64,000 nucleotides of DNA from Octopus sinensis (Eukaryota), in the NCBI RefSeq assembly GCF_006345805.1, contig NW_021831286.1, positions 124,001 through 188,000 of the forward strand, in the 5' to 3' direction. Shown here piece after piece: positions 39,011-51,779 of this stretch. The position numbers and the translations under genes were made by a program. How positions within the stretch are numbered: position 1 is the stretch's first letter; the number at the start of each line of letters is the position of its first letter. The notes under the pieces were generated by a model. That model made no database searches, was not told the DNA's origin, and saw nothing but the letters and a program-made list of their open reading frames with translations.

Positions 39011-39819
39011 TCATTCTGACTCGATCAGTAAAGCAAACTCGGTTCTTTCTCCTTGGTATTTTTTTGGTTTTTTCTTTTTCGTCTTTAATTAGTTAATGAC
39101 GAGTTTTTAATTTAGAAAATAAACTGTTCTGTTCTAATACGGTGCTATTCATTTTCCGGGTAGCTATTCTTCCTGTGCTGATCTATGGGCTGGAAGGGCG
39201 GATCATGTTCTTTTCTAAGGCAATAATTATTAAACTATTGGAAAAAACGAGAAGATTAGCACTTAAAGTGAACTTTGGTGTAAATCTGAGAGAGTAAATA
39301 TCGAAACTTTAAATACATTTTAGCAGGGGTCCTGTATACTGAATATTAAACGGTTTTTGGACAGTTGACCACCGACAGTGAAGTGAATGTTCCGATTATA
39401 TGTTTTGGCATAAATCTGCATAGTATCCAACTCGCTGATGTTTTATTAGTTATTTGAATTATCATCTCGGTAAAACAGTGTTGTCTGTATAGTGGGACTG
39501 GGAGGGGATGACGATTTTGTTTGGGTTATTCATTACAAATTGATGAAAAAAAAATAAACTTTCAATGTGGAACTGTATGTTCGACCAAAAAAGACTCAAA
39601 ACGGGTATTCAGAAAAAGAGACCTAAACGACAGTGTTCTTTGGAATTGATCCAACTTTGGAGTTGTTTCGTTCATCAACGGTAATCATAAAATATTGTTC
39701 TCTGCTGTTTTTTTTAAAATTCGATTTTTAAAATTTGAATAAATAGCTGTTAAAATATTTAATAGCGAAAAAAGAAAATCATGGCATGAAAACGATATAT
39801 AATTTATAGAAAGAGGTCG

Positions 39820-39990
39820 AACGACGTACTCCTTTCTGACGCTTACGAGTTCATGCCACTTGCTTTTGAGGCCTGACGTGGTCGGTAAGGAGGCCGAGAA
39901 GTAGTTGCGAATGCTCTGTGAGAAAATCGCCTTGAAGACGAATGACCGGATGGAGACTGACCCCCCGAGTTCACGACAGCCTGAATCGAT
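39820..39990 (+). mobile_element. Small CRE-like RLE tail fragment
   Basis: YEFMPLAFE / VVGKEAEK*LRMLCEKIALKTND resembles the P.A.ET.G..G.EA tail. Confidence 0.4.
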
Positions 39991-40189
39991 CAACACTCTT
40001 TTTTGACTTTCTAATACTTCTTAACTTTGTTTTAAAAAATCAAAAATCTGATTTATCAGAAGAATTTTAACTTTTTTTTAATAAACTCAATTATTTAACA
40101 AAGAAAATTTATTTTAACCCAAAAAATTTTATGAATGTTTTAGTAATTAAATTAACTTAATGTTAAGTATTCGATCTCATCACATAGGT

Positions 40190-43025
40190 TCAATTTCTCC
40201 TTTTATTGTAAAAAATCTCTGCAATAAAAATCAATAGCCCGACAGAAATTCCGACTGCCACAATGATGATAAGCTCTAAAATGTATTTCTTATTGAATGC
40301 CTGTCATATTCTCTATTCCTACAGTTTCGAAATTGAAGGCATTTTCGCATGCATTTTCTCTAGAAATATATACTTGTTCTAGATATTGAATTGTTCCGTC
40401 TCTAATTATTTTAGTTTTAATAAACCATAGACATAATTTTGAATTTGATTGCTTAGTTGATTCGCCACAGGCAAGTTTTTCCTAACTCCAAAAGCTGCTT
40501 CTACTTCTCCAAATCCAGATCCTACAACAGAATATCCACATTTTCCTCTTGTCCAGTATTTTAGCTGTGATTCGTCGTGAATCAAAGCGCCGAGTTTTCT
40601 TAAACATTATAATGCTAGGGAAAACCCTGATTCCATGTCTTTGAGGACTGTCGTCATGTTATTGTACTTTGTTTTGGTCATATATGTAAACACGTGTATC
40701 AATGTTTTGTGGTATTTAAAGTAGTATGGAGCGAATCCAAATGAAAGGGTTGTAAATTCGAAATTCGGATGTGTATTTTTCTTAATCTTTTCTAATCAGT
40801 AACAGCTTTTTTACGATCAAATCTTCAACAGAAGATATAGTGGTCTGAGAGATGGCCTTTATGTAGAACGAGGCTAAATTAGCAGTGTATGAAGCTACGA
40901 TCAAAAATGAAAAAATAGCCCATGTAATTCCTAAAAATTTCCCTGAGAAACTTTTTGGGACATCTATAAATAGAGAACAGAATCAATACTTTTTGCAATC
41001 GGAATGTTTAACAAAACTCCAAGAGAAAACCAGATTGCACTGGAGATTTTAAGGTCGTTGTTGGTTTGATTTGGGGTTGTTTTTCCTTTTTTCATTCTAT
41101 TAGAATCTGGAATATAATATTGCGAGAAAGGAGAGATGCGATCAAATAAATAAAATGCAGTTGCTACAATAATAGGGCATACAAACAGAACTCCCCACAT
41201 AGTTAAACTAAATGATTGGAAGAACGAGCTAAATATTGTGTTTGAATTCTGAGTTTGTAAACTTCAAAGACTCACATCATACAATAAAATTCTATTTCTG
41301 CCCAACATGTACGGGAATGAAAAGTCAATATATTTCATTCTAAGCCTTGTTATGTGCATGGAAACGGCTGCAATGTCCGCTTTCCCGGTCGCAAGTTCTT
41401 TTACGAGGCCATACAGATAATTCTCGTTTCCAATCTAAAATGTCCATTTAATAGAAAAATACATAGTGAGGTCCAAATTGCTTGTCTCCGACAACGTAAA
41501 GTACAAATTCGAAATTTAAGTCAACGGCCAATTTATTCAAAAGTGCAACACAAAATCCCCTGCAACAATAGTTTGTCGTCAAATCTAATTTATTTCTAAA
41601 TATAATTTCACTTGTTTTTGGATCTTTCCAATCACATGGTAAAGCAGGCTTTTCACATACTTTGCTTTCAGGAATGAAGGTTTCAATAAAAGGGACTTGA
41701 TTTAATATTGTAACCTATTATTATAATAAGAGGAAAAAGCTTTTAGTTTATAAAATTCTTTAATAGAATTGAAAGGAAAAATGTGCACGTGAGGCCAAAT
41801 TATAGCAGGAAAAAACAAATCACTAGTTGAAGTCTAGTTTATAAACAATGAGCTAATTACATTATTTTTGTTAAAAATGCTTCCTACTTCTACAAGTCCT
41901 TCAGGTTGGGTATTAACTACTTTAAAATTATAATTTCGTTGATTCCCAAACGAGTCAAAATTGAGTAATTCGGAATGAAAACCAATTAAGGTTCTAAATA
42001 AGATTACTTGAGATTTACTCAAATTTGAATATTGTGTTGACTGTGTTTGCAGATTGGTCGCAAGAGACTTTTTCTCTGTTAAATCCGTTCGATTCAAATG
42101 ACGTCGTGATCATACGCAGGATTTCTTTAAACTCCATCTCTAAAATATTTTCATTTTTATAGCGAATTCCCAACATTCCTAAATAATAAAACATGAAAGA
42201 ATACCGACTGGTATCCCTTCAGCGTTAAGAGAATCTTCACAAAGAACCCAAATATACTGAGTATCTAGCAATTTAAGTTCGTTAGCAGAATTAAATATCT
42301 TTGCTGTGTCATTATGACTGAAATTTAAAAAAATGTCCAACTTTGAACATAGAAATATTATTCTCGAAAAACAATCTTCGATCGGTCTCAAAAAACTGGT
42401 GTAATTCTCCAGATTTGGAGGAAGTTTTATGAGTTTTTCAATAATTATCTAATTAAGGCTTTAATTCAAACATTTTTTTCAGTAGTTTCAATATTACGGA
42501 GTTGTTCCACAATGTGATGAGACTCGGGGTCGTCCGAATGCACAAAAATTATATATTTCCATTCAAAAAAAATACAAAAATCACGAAAAGCATTCGCCTG
42601 ATAAAAATAGGGAGAATCTGTTTGAATAAGTGGCAGATGCAATTTCTTATAATAAATACAAAAAATACATTTTTATTAAAATAGGTTTTTCGCGAATTCA
42701 TGGCGATGACGGGAATAGACAGAAATCCAGACAGTGTTTCCAACGAAGACTCGAGTACTTTACTTTTTTCATATTTATCAGTAATAATAAAATCAATTTT
42801 TAACATTTGTGCATTGTTGCAAAAATAGTCAATGGTCTCTAATGTCGAAGATTTGAGAAATATTTCTTTGATAATAATTTGAGTAATGTTTTTAAGTGCA
42901 CTAAAATTATAGTTTATAGCAATATTTTGAAGTTTTAGTATTTTTTGACTGTCTAAAACTACACCAATATTCAGAACAATTCCATTGGTGAAAAAAAATT
43001 GGAACAAAAAAAGATTCAGAAACAT
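40190..43025 (-). CDS. GRIN1: Ionotropic glutamate receptor, NMDA GluN1-like subunit, multi-exon
   Basis: ATD LNIGVVL..SGFLSIPVIAMNSR; S1 CCRGFCVALL..LATGKADIAAV..RMKYIDFSFPY; M1 YLFDRISPF; M2 SAIWFSLGVLLN; M3 IVASYTANLA; S2 LIHDES; M4 VGISVGLLIFIAEIFY. Confidence 0.9.
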
Positions 43026-44081
43026 ATTCAAATATTTTTTTAATAAATCATAATTATCGGCCTGTATTATAAAAGACTAATTATTTTGCGATAAAGATAC
43101 CGTTGGGAAATAACTAGTAATTAATTAGCATCCCAATAGCCAGAGGTTTGCTAAAAATATGTCTTGGATATCTTATAAATCTGGTTATTATTTTGAATCA
43201 AGGACCCTAAATAAAAAGAAGGTCCATCCCATGTCATTACACATAAAGAATTTGATTTTTATCAGTAAACGAAAGGGCTCAAAGAAAAAAAACTTTAATA
43301 TAAATTAAAGGCTGTTTAAATTTTTTCAAGCTAGAAACAAACATGTGCTGTTTCTGTATAAGCTGTTGAATTTTATGAGCTTAAAGTAGTGGTAAAATAA
43401 CTCGATCCAAATTAGTGAAACATCAATTCAATCTTTGACCTGCAACCAAGCATTGATTATATCTATCCATCTTTGACCTAAGGAGATTGCGCTCTGTCTT
43501 TATGTTAAGTAAAAGATCCCATCGAGTTCAATTAATGTCTGGAAACTCAAAAGTATGGGTGGAATCCCAATATACATTTTGATTTTTATCCAATTCAATA
43601 TTGTTGTCCATGGTAAGGTCACTGGGAAGAGTATTGTCGTAGATGTGGATAACATATGCCTATTTCTTTTGCAGATAGTACAAATAGATAAGGAGGAGAA
43701 GTATGGCCTCCTTTTATACAAGCTAGGGCTGATACATCAAAGCCGATTTCATTTCTTGTCTGATGACACGGTGCAGACTGGTCACAAAATATGACACGGG
43801 TTGCTTAAGGTTGTTAGATGTAAATAAGTTTCTACAGGCTTATATGTCGTCAACTTTTCTTAAGAGGACTCTGGAGAGTTTCGCACTTGACGTTTGATTC
43901 TTTTCCTGACTTTTAGTCACCGGAAAGCGCTGGGCTGGGCCTGCTTAGAGATTTTCAGAGAAGAGAAGAGGAAGAAGAAGACAACAATGTGGAGTGTTAC
44001 CCCTTATCCAATCAGAAGGCTCAGTACTTAGATAAATTAAATTTGAAAATATTTTTATTAAAATGTATATTTTTTAAAACT

Positions 44082-45201
44082 TTAATGGCGTTGCTTTAGC
44101 ACGATTGAGGAGCATGAAATTTGTATTTCAACATCTCCCTTTTTCTGCGAATTGTTTATGGATGTAGGAACTTCATTTCCATTGTTCGCAATTAAGCATA
44201 CTATATCTTTACCGTCATTAGGACAATAGTTTAATCCTTTGCTAATCCAGTCCAAAACACATGATTTGTGGAACTAGAACATCGTTAAGTGTAAAAATAC
44301 CCGATGATAGCACGACGATAATATTAAATTATCATCTTTTTTTAAAAAAAGCAGACAAATGTAACAAAGATGAGATCTCACAGCTGATTTGAGATTTTCT
44401 TTTCTGTTGCAGTTTTTTATAACTCTGAATATTGTTTTTAGTTCTCTGTAAAAAATAAAAATTGCTAGACTTTGAGGTTAGTGAATGATCTTGAATCTTA
44501 GGAATTTCTGAACGTTTTATGTCTGCAGAGAATTGAAAAAGATAATTTTTGATATTTTTTACACTTCCAAAACTGCATCGACACATCGGACAAGGAACTG
44601 TTTTTTGATTACTCTGATGGGCTGCCCAGATTTGGAGACATTTCATGTGTAAACTTTTTCCACATCCAGATCTTTAAATAATGCCATTTTAACGGTACTT
44701 GCAGTAAGTTGTAGGTTTATGACTTGGAAAAAAATCCTCTTGACAGACAGGACAGATATCAGCTTTTTCTATAATTTTTTGTTCAACGTGGACTTGCTCG
44801 GATTCTTTTGGTTCGCAAATTGTGATGGGAGTAGTTAAAGACGTACTTAAAATTCTTTCCAAGACCATCGAAGTCATACCAGTTTGCCAACATACTAGAT
44901 TTATTTTAAGACCGATTACATGGATCATATGTAGAAAGTTTAAATTTTCTAACAAGTATCCAATAGATGTGAATACACAAGTCTTTTTCTGTATAATTTG
45001 AACACGAACAAATATGTTTTTGTCCTAACAAAACCTTGAAGAAAGTAAAAACAAACAGACTTTATATGAAATTTCATCATTAACCGATTCTTTAACTCCG
45101 AATCCCAAAGGGCCATAGTGGCGAATAATTAAAAAGTTTTTGTTCTGAACCAAAAAAAGCTGCCTTTGTTGCGAATCACTTGGTTTATTTTTCCAAGACA
45201 T
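44082..45201 (-). CDS. ZSWIM2: SWIM-RING-RING E3 ligase, ZSWIM2-like
   Basis: SWIM HICSCSN..LCIHIYWIL; RING1 ICPVCQED..CG..LHMKC..CPMC; RING2 CYIC..SCYHRFHKSC..WI..CPNDG. Micro-introns of 25-27 nt where measured. Confidence 0.85.
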
Positions 45202-45906
45202 AATTAAAACATAACTTATAATAATCCATGGAAATTATAAAATTACAGGGATCCTTAAAAAACAAATATTTTTAAACTACATAATAAATTAAATACAGTA
45301 AAATTTATTAATTGAGGACTCAGGGGATATTAGTAAAATAAAAATGCTTGCTACCGTCTTCTTCAAAAATCTGGAACACATAAATGAAAGTGACAAAACC
45401 AATAGGTCTAGATTTTAGAGTCAAAATAAATAATATTTGGACATTCCTTCAGGCTAAATTGCGAAACATTATGCAATCTCGCTATGGGTGAATGGAAGGC
45501 CTGCGTTATGTAGGAGGCAGAGATGCATAATATAGTAAGCTTCCAAAAAGACTATCGAATGATCACGGAAAAGCTTGAATCCGAGATGACCTACAAGATA
45601 TTCGAATGCAAGCCAGGAACAACAGGTCCTGGAAATTGAGGACAAGATGATTGTCGATTCATAACTCAAGCGGAACTCAACTCGGTTTAGGCAACGCGCC
45701 TGAGCTTTTAACTAAACAACTAACTAGAAAATTTATTCAATATTGCAAATTATCAACAACTAATTTAAGTTCATAAAATGGTCTCGGTCTATTTTTGTAG
45801 AAATTCACAAACAAATAAATTAATTAGTCAATCGATTCTCATCATTAGCTAAATACACGAATCAAAGCAAAAAAAACTGTACTTAATCAAAGATTAATTA
45901 AATCGA

Positions 45907-47575
45907 TTAGGTAGAATATTTTATGCTCAAAAAAGTTACGGCGATCTGACACGTAAGCGTAAAAAAATATGCAATAAAACATATTCTGTCTACTACCAAA
46001 GCCAGTTGTTTCCATTCGCATTTTTCATGATACAAGTTATTTTGTTTTGTTGCATTTTTAATAATTTCTTTTATGAGTGTAGAAATTTCTTGTATCTCGC
46101 TACATATTTCTTGATTTATATCATTAGCTAAATCGTTGGACTTTGAAGCAAAGTAATCATTAATTTTTTTAATTTTTTCACGTTTCTAAAATAATTAAAA
46201 ATAAAATTTTTACACGTTCCAGTGCTTCTTTGAATCTTGATTTATACTTTATAGATTCATTAGGATATTTTTTAGTTTCTTTAACCAAACTATATTGAAT
46301 TTTCTGAAAATCCAGGTTCATAAAGAGAAGCTTTTTTCCAATGAAATCAATTAATATCTATTGTTTTTAAACACGGCAGACTATTTTTAAGTAACGAGGA
46401 ATTTTTGTCTCTCTTTCACTCATATAAATATTTGAAATGATTGCGGCCAGAAAAGAAGAAAAGGCAATTGTGAACATGCTGATAGCGAAATATTCAACTT
46501 TCATGTCAAATTTACACAACTACCGATGATTGGAGTAGTCGATGTTTTGGGGATAGACTCTTCGAGAATGAGCAATAGTGCAGAAAATGCCACAAAAATA
46601 TTTATACCTATTCACGATAAGAACAAAGGGGTACCAAATATAACTTTTGCAGATGACCAGGGAGGCAACCAAAAGGTAATCATTGTTAACATGGAAAGAA
46701 GAATACATGGAAAGAGTAATTTATAGTTATAGAACTCTGACCTTCGCTGTAGTATCATTGAATATGTTAAATCAACAAATGTAGAGTTGCCACAACACGT
46801 ATAACTAATATATTAAAGCGACTGGAACCTCATGAAATGTCTATAACCAATGTTGGAAAGTATTTTCCATTGATTGTTATCTATATAACTATCCAAGTGA
46901 ATTTTATTTTCTTGATTTTTGAAATGCAAAATAATATATTTTGAATCGTACGTCCATGAGCCAAATTTCATTGAACAGTTTTGAATGTCAAATGGGAAAT
47001 ATGTCATATGCATCAAGCAATAGCTCCGATAAGTGGACGACGGATACCACTTGACTGTTCCATTATAGCTAACTGTAGCTAACGCCGGTCTTCTTTCATC
47101 CAGACGGTCGTCAGCGCTTTAATATGTAAAATAAACAAGAACATGTTGTAAAGCCGCAAATCAAGAATCCAAATATTTTCCGAGGGAATCCTCAGTGTTG
47201 TGATATTGTTGAATAATTGTGGATCCCATGTAAGAGCATAATCTGTCCATGTCTTTATATAATAAGTTCACTTATCTCACCATTTCAGTAATCATGACTG
47301 TTGTGAGGATTTGCGCATGTTCGTCGAGATCCAGAATTTGTGTTAGAAATAGATTTAGAAAAACGTGCATGACTTCTTTGGAATGCTTGACCGGCCTCCC
47401 AAGAATCCCAATTTCTTTGTAATTTCCCATTAATTTTGCTATTAACATATTTTCAGCATTTGAATTAGTCGAACTAAAGCCTGAATAATTTCACATTAAA
47501 CAAGTACTTAAAATAACTAGAAATAAATTCTTCCAATCCATACATAAAAATTGATTCGCAAATATAATTTCATTT
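45907..47575 (-). CDS. Nicotinic acetylcholine receptor alpha-type subunit, anion-selective-clade-like; first exon uncertain
   Basis: Cys-loop CLMHMTYFPFDIQNC, loop B FGSWTYD, loop C YTCC, M1 LFPCILLS..FWLPP, M2 SSAKVIFGINIFVAF, M4 EWKQLALVVDRICF. Introns 24-28 nt give an uninterrupted frame. Confidence 0.93.
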
Positions 47576-48019
47576 ATAAATAATTGGATAATTGCCTGTT
47601 AATTAACACGAGTTAAGTTCGCTCTTATCTTGTTACTGTCTGAAAGAAAACACGATTGCGCAAAAAAATTAGCTACAGTCACAAACACGACTTCTTCTTT
47701 TTAGTTGGACTTCTAATTATGCATGTCATAAAATTGTGATAAACCCTTTTAAAATACATACTACGACTGAATCAGACATTTCGGCATACAGTATTGAGGG
47801 CTATTCAATATGGCATAATAAAATGTTTTTCAACTTATGCTTTGTCATTTGTTCTAAATAACTCGTGAAGCCTCTTAAAATATAGTTAAAAATCCCACAT
47901 AAACTAAAAATATCGCATTTAAAATTGAGAATGAGTGAGACAGGCTGGCATAATAATATTTGTTAGTTTTTGTTAAAATAACAAATATTACATTATTTTT
48001 GTAGTATTTTATCACATCC

Positions 48020-48590
48020 GCTTGGGTCTTAATGTCTACTCGGGGACCAATTCCGATGTGGTAGTAAAGTCGATACCAAAGGATTACAACCCCCTATCAT
48101 GCAGAAGGAGTGCTGGCCGTGCACCTAGACACTTCGCCATCAACGAGATCATTTCGGCTGCGTTACAAACTGCTGGTTTCCCTACCGATCTGGAACCTGT
48201 TGAGTTTGGCCGCGGAGAAGGGAAACGCCCTGATTGAGTCGCCGCTTTTCCGTGGATTAATGGGAAATGCATCGCATGGGACTCTACGTGCACGGACATT
48301 TTCTCGAAGATAAATTTAGTCGACTCGGCAATCAGTCTATGATCAGCCGCTAAAAAGGCTGAAGAACTTAAAATCTCGAAATACTTTAACCTGACGGACA
48401 ACGTGATTTTTTCCCCAATCTCCGTTGAGCCATGACCAACAAATCTCTGGAACTCGTTTGGAGAATCTGGCAACTGATCTCCAGAAGACGTCGAGAGCCT
48501 CGGGAGAAGCAATAACTGTTCTAAGGAATCTCCATTGCGATCCTGAGGGCCAACGTCTTTTCGATCATTAGTAGTTTTAAACATAATTAG
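48020..48590 (+). mobile_element. CRE-clade 3' fragment, same family as 13185-15975
   Basis: Clear nucleotide similarity to 13200-13750 (shared gatgtggtagtaaagtcgataccaaagga); several stops. Confidence 0.9.
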
Positions 48591-49981
48591 TTAAATAATA
48601 ATTATTTGTAGAATCACTCTTCTACTAATAACGTAAAAAAATAATTGCGAGTTAATATAAAATTAATCTAAGCTAAAACATCAATTTAGGAGACATTATT
48701 CCATTCTGTTATGTATATAATATTTAAACTAATTAATTTTCTTTTTGAATAATTTTTGTTACTCAGCAGCCCACCCAAATTTACACACGTACTTTTTTTC
48801 TCACCATTCTTTGCTATTTCCCCATCTTTATTTGTCTCCATCTTCAATTTTCAGTCTTTTCATTGATTTGTATTCTCGGGTAAATTTGTTTGCTGAGTGA
48901 GATATATTTTGAAATCAAAGTTTTATTCTAAGAGCATGCTCTCCAATTTATTCTTCAAACTAACAGTCTGGATAATGCTTAGAAGCTTTTTCATCCTGAG
49001 AAGGTTCATATATTTTTCAAAAAATACAAAACAATCTATCCCAGTTAAATACAATCGGCAAATTTTCGCCTAGCCTAGTGAATAAATTGTGATTAGATTA
49101 CCATATTCATTTAACTTTCTCATCTCCACAGATTTTAGATTATGACGCCCACTTTAATTATTCGAATTAGATTCTTTTTTCTCTGAATTAGATTTTCCGT
49201 AGTAAAGATAATAATTTCCGTATATTAAATTATTTAGTGTTTTAATCAAAGATAATAATTAATCTCCACTAATGAATAATTGGTTTGTATTCAAATTTAA
49301 AAAATCTAGAAAATTTAGTGTTATTCTGTATATTTGTGATTTCATACCAGAACATCATTTCGATAAATAGATTATTTAATTAAGTGAATATTTTGACTCT
49401 ACAGCCACACAAAAGTATAATTTTATAGTTTGAAACTACAAATGTTTTAACAAATGTAAACGATTCAGACATTAGCTGATTGATGTCGTGTCAATAATTC
49501 GTGTCTTATTACGATTAGATACCATAAACTAGCATTATCATTTTTGTCAGTTAATCCGAGAACAAAAGCATTAACGAAAAGTATATGTTCTGGTTAATGT
49601 CTTAATTACTCTAAAAGTACATTTAGTCGAGAGCGATTTATTGTAAGCCGAAATTCTAAGCGGCATGCCTTTTTATTACTTATTTTCATAAAAGTATTTA
49701 GCAATTAATTTCTTGTACTTAGTTTAATTAGCGCATAAAAATATTGACGCATTCTTTTTTGGCGGTAGTTCTTTAGGTTCTTCTCAGTAGGATTTTTATA
49801 TGGACAATAAAGCGCGACTTTAACTTGTGAAATTTACTAAAATATGTTAAATTTTAATCCACGTAATCATTTCAATTAAAAATAATTAATTTTTTACATA
49901 AGAGTATCAACGGCATGTAATTTGCATATAAAATAAAAGTGCGTTCTTTTTATTATTCTCGTTTAATCGAACTTTGAAGTA

Positions 49982-51318
49982 ATGAAAATCCGCTCTGAAT
50001 TACTTTTAATATGTTATATATTCTTTCTGGTTATGATGCTTACAACTTATATTTAAGACTAGAGAAAGTCAATTTCACTATATTTTTGAAATAACTGGAT
50101 TCAAATCAAAACTTGTGGAAACCGAGAAGGGCATAAATACTCCATATACAATCTCTGTGAATTTGCGATTTCAAGACGGGAAAGACGCTGGAAGATTTTC
50201 ATCTTCTCTTCATTTGTCAGACCCGGGAGATGTTATGTCAAAAGAATTTACAGTAAGTGACACGGTATTTAAAATTTTTTTAAATAAATTAGAAATACAT
50301 CCAGCAAAATATAAGATTGTATAAAGAATCTCGGAAAGACGACAGTATTCAGTAATTTAAAATCATTTCCTAGTTTTTGAAACATCATTCTCCCATTTAT
50401 TAATTTTTGGTGAGTCTTGGAAAGTTTTTGACAACAAATATTTTATGTACAAGTTTCGCATTTTGTGCCAGCAAAAATACCTGGGAAGACATTGTAATAA
50501 ATTAAAAAATGAAGAAAAAAATCCATCATGTCCCACCGGATGGAAAGGACCCACATGCAATGAAGGTTGGTTGAGTAATTATAATTTATTTGAAGTACAT
50601 ATTAATTAGTGCACTTTTGTATATTATTTTTTTAAGATTTGAAAGTTAAATCTGAGAGTTTGCTTATTTTAGACTTAATTAATTTCCAACTCATTAGCGA
50701 TTATTTTAAAAAATAATGAGATCCACTTGTACTGCATTAGTAGTAGACAATGTCGATTTCTATAATTTTAAAAATACTATTAAAATTAATATATATTTCA
50801 AATAGCTGTCTGCAACCGAGGATGTATCCACGGAAAATGTATTGTCCCGGAAAGATGTGACTGTTATTTACATTTTGAAGGAGACAAATGTGATATATTT
50901 ATTCATCAAAACTGTATTGTATTTTGAAATTAAATTTTACATAGCAAATGATTATTGTGAAAAATATAAACCTTGTAAAAATGGAATATGTGCTAACAAC
51001 GAAATCTATAATTTCACATGCAAATGTTTTTCTGGATATTCTGGGAAAAAATGTCATTTAAAAATTGATTGTGGGGGCGAATCTTGCCCCAATTATATAC
51101 AAATTAATTTTCCTTCAATTGTGATTATAATAACTGCTCTTATTATCCTGGTCGTCTTAGTTGTGATTGTTATAATTATGAAATGTGGAGTTTTCAATTA
51201 TTTAAAAGAGCGTCCTCCGCCAAAGTACTTTCAAGTAACTAGAAACGTCGAAATATCTGAGCCAAAAACATGTATATATAATGTCATATATTTAGATATA
51301 TGTACAAATGGAATTTGA
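49982..51318 (+). CDS. Delta-like single-pass EGF protein (Notch-ligand-like)
   Basis: Signal-like N-terminus, DSL-like CQQKYLGRHC..CPTGWKGPTC, EGF CNRGCIHGKCIVPERCDC, EGF YCEKYKPCKNG..FTCKCFSGYSGKKC (cf. DLL EGF3), transmembrane helix, short tail. 5' exons not fully resolved. Confidence 0.75.
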
Positions 51319-51779
51319 ATTTTTATTTCACTCTTGGTTTTCATTAAATAAATTCTTTTTATAATCTTGAAATATTTATAAGAAAGATTTTACATTTTTA
51401 CAAACAATAATCCAGCAAAAAAATCCATTGAAATAGTTATAAAAATCTCACAGAAAATCACAGAAAATTTTTATCAGCACATGAATAAAAGTTTTATTTG
51501 AATCTTTGTTTTATTTGCTTGAAGCACTAAAGGACAAACAGATTTGCCGGCTGATGTGAGTCGATTTATCATAACTCACCTACATGGAGATTTTTTAAGA
51601 AAAACGCAAAAAACTATCCTAACAAGAGCCCGGACATGACATATGCCTATAAGGTGACATCGAAACAAACATTGGCTAATTCAATTTTTTCGAACTAAAT
51701 ACAGGTCCGTATTGTCAACTAAATACTAATTGTCGTTTAATTACGGAAACATTTTAGTACTTTTAGAATCCGCACATTG

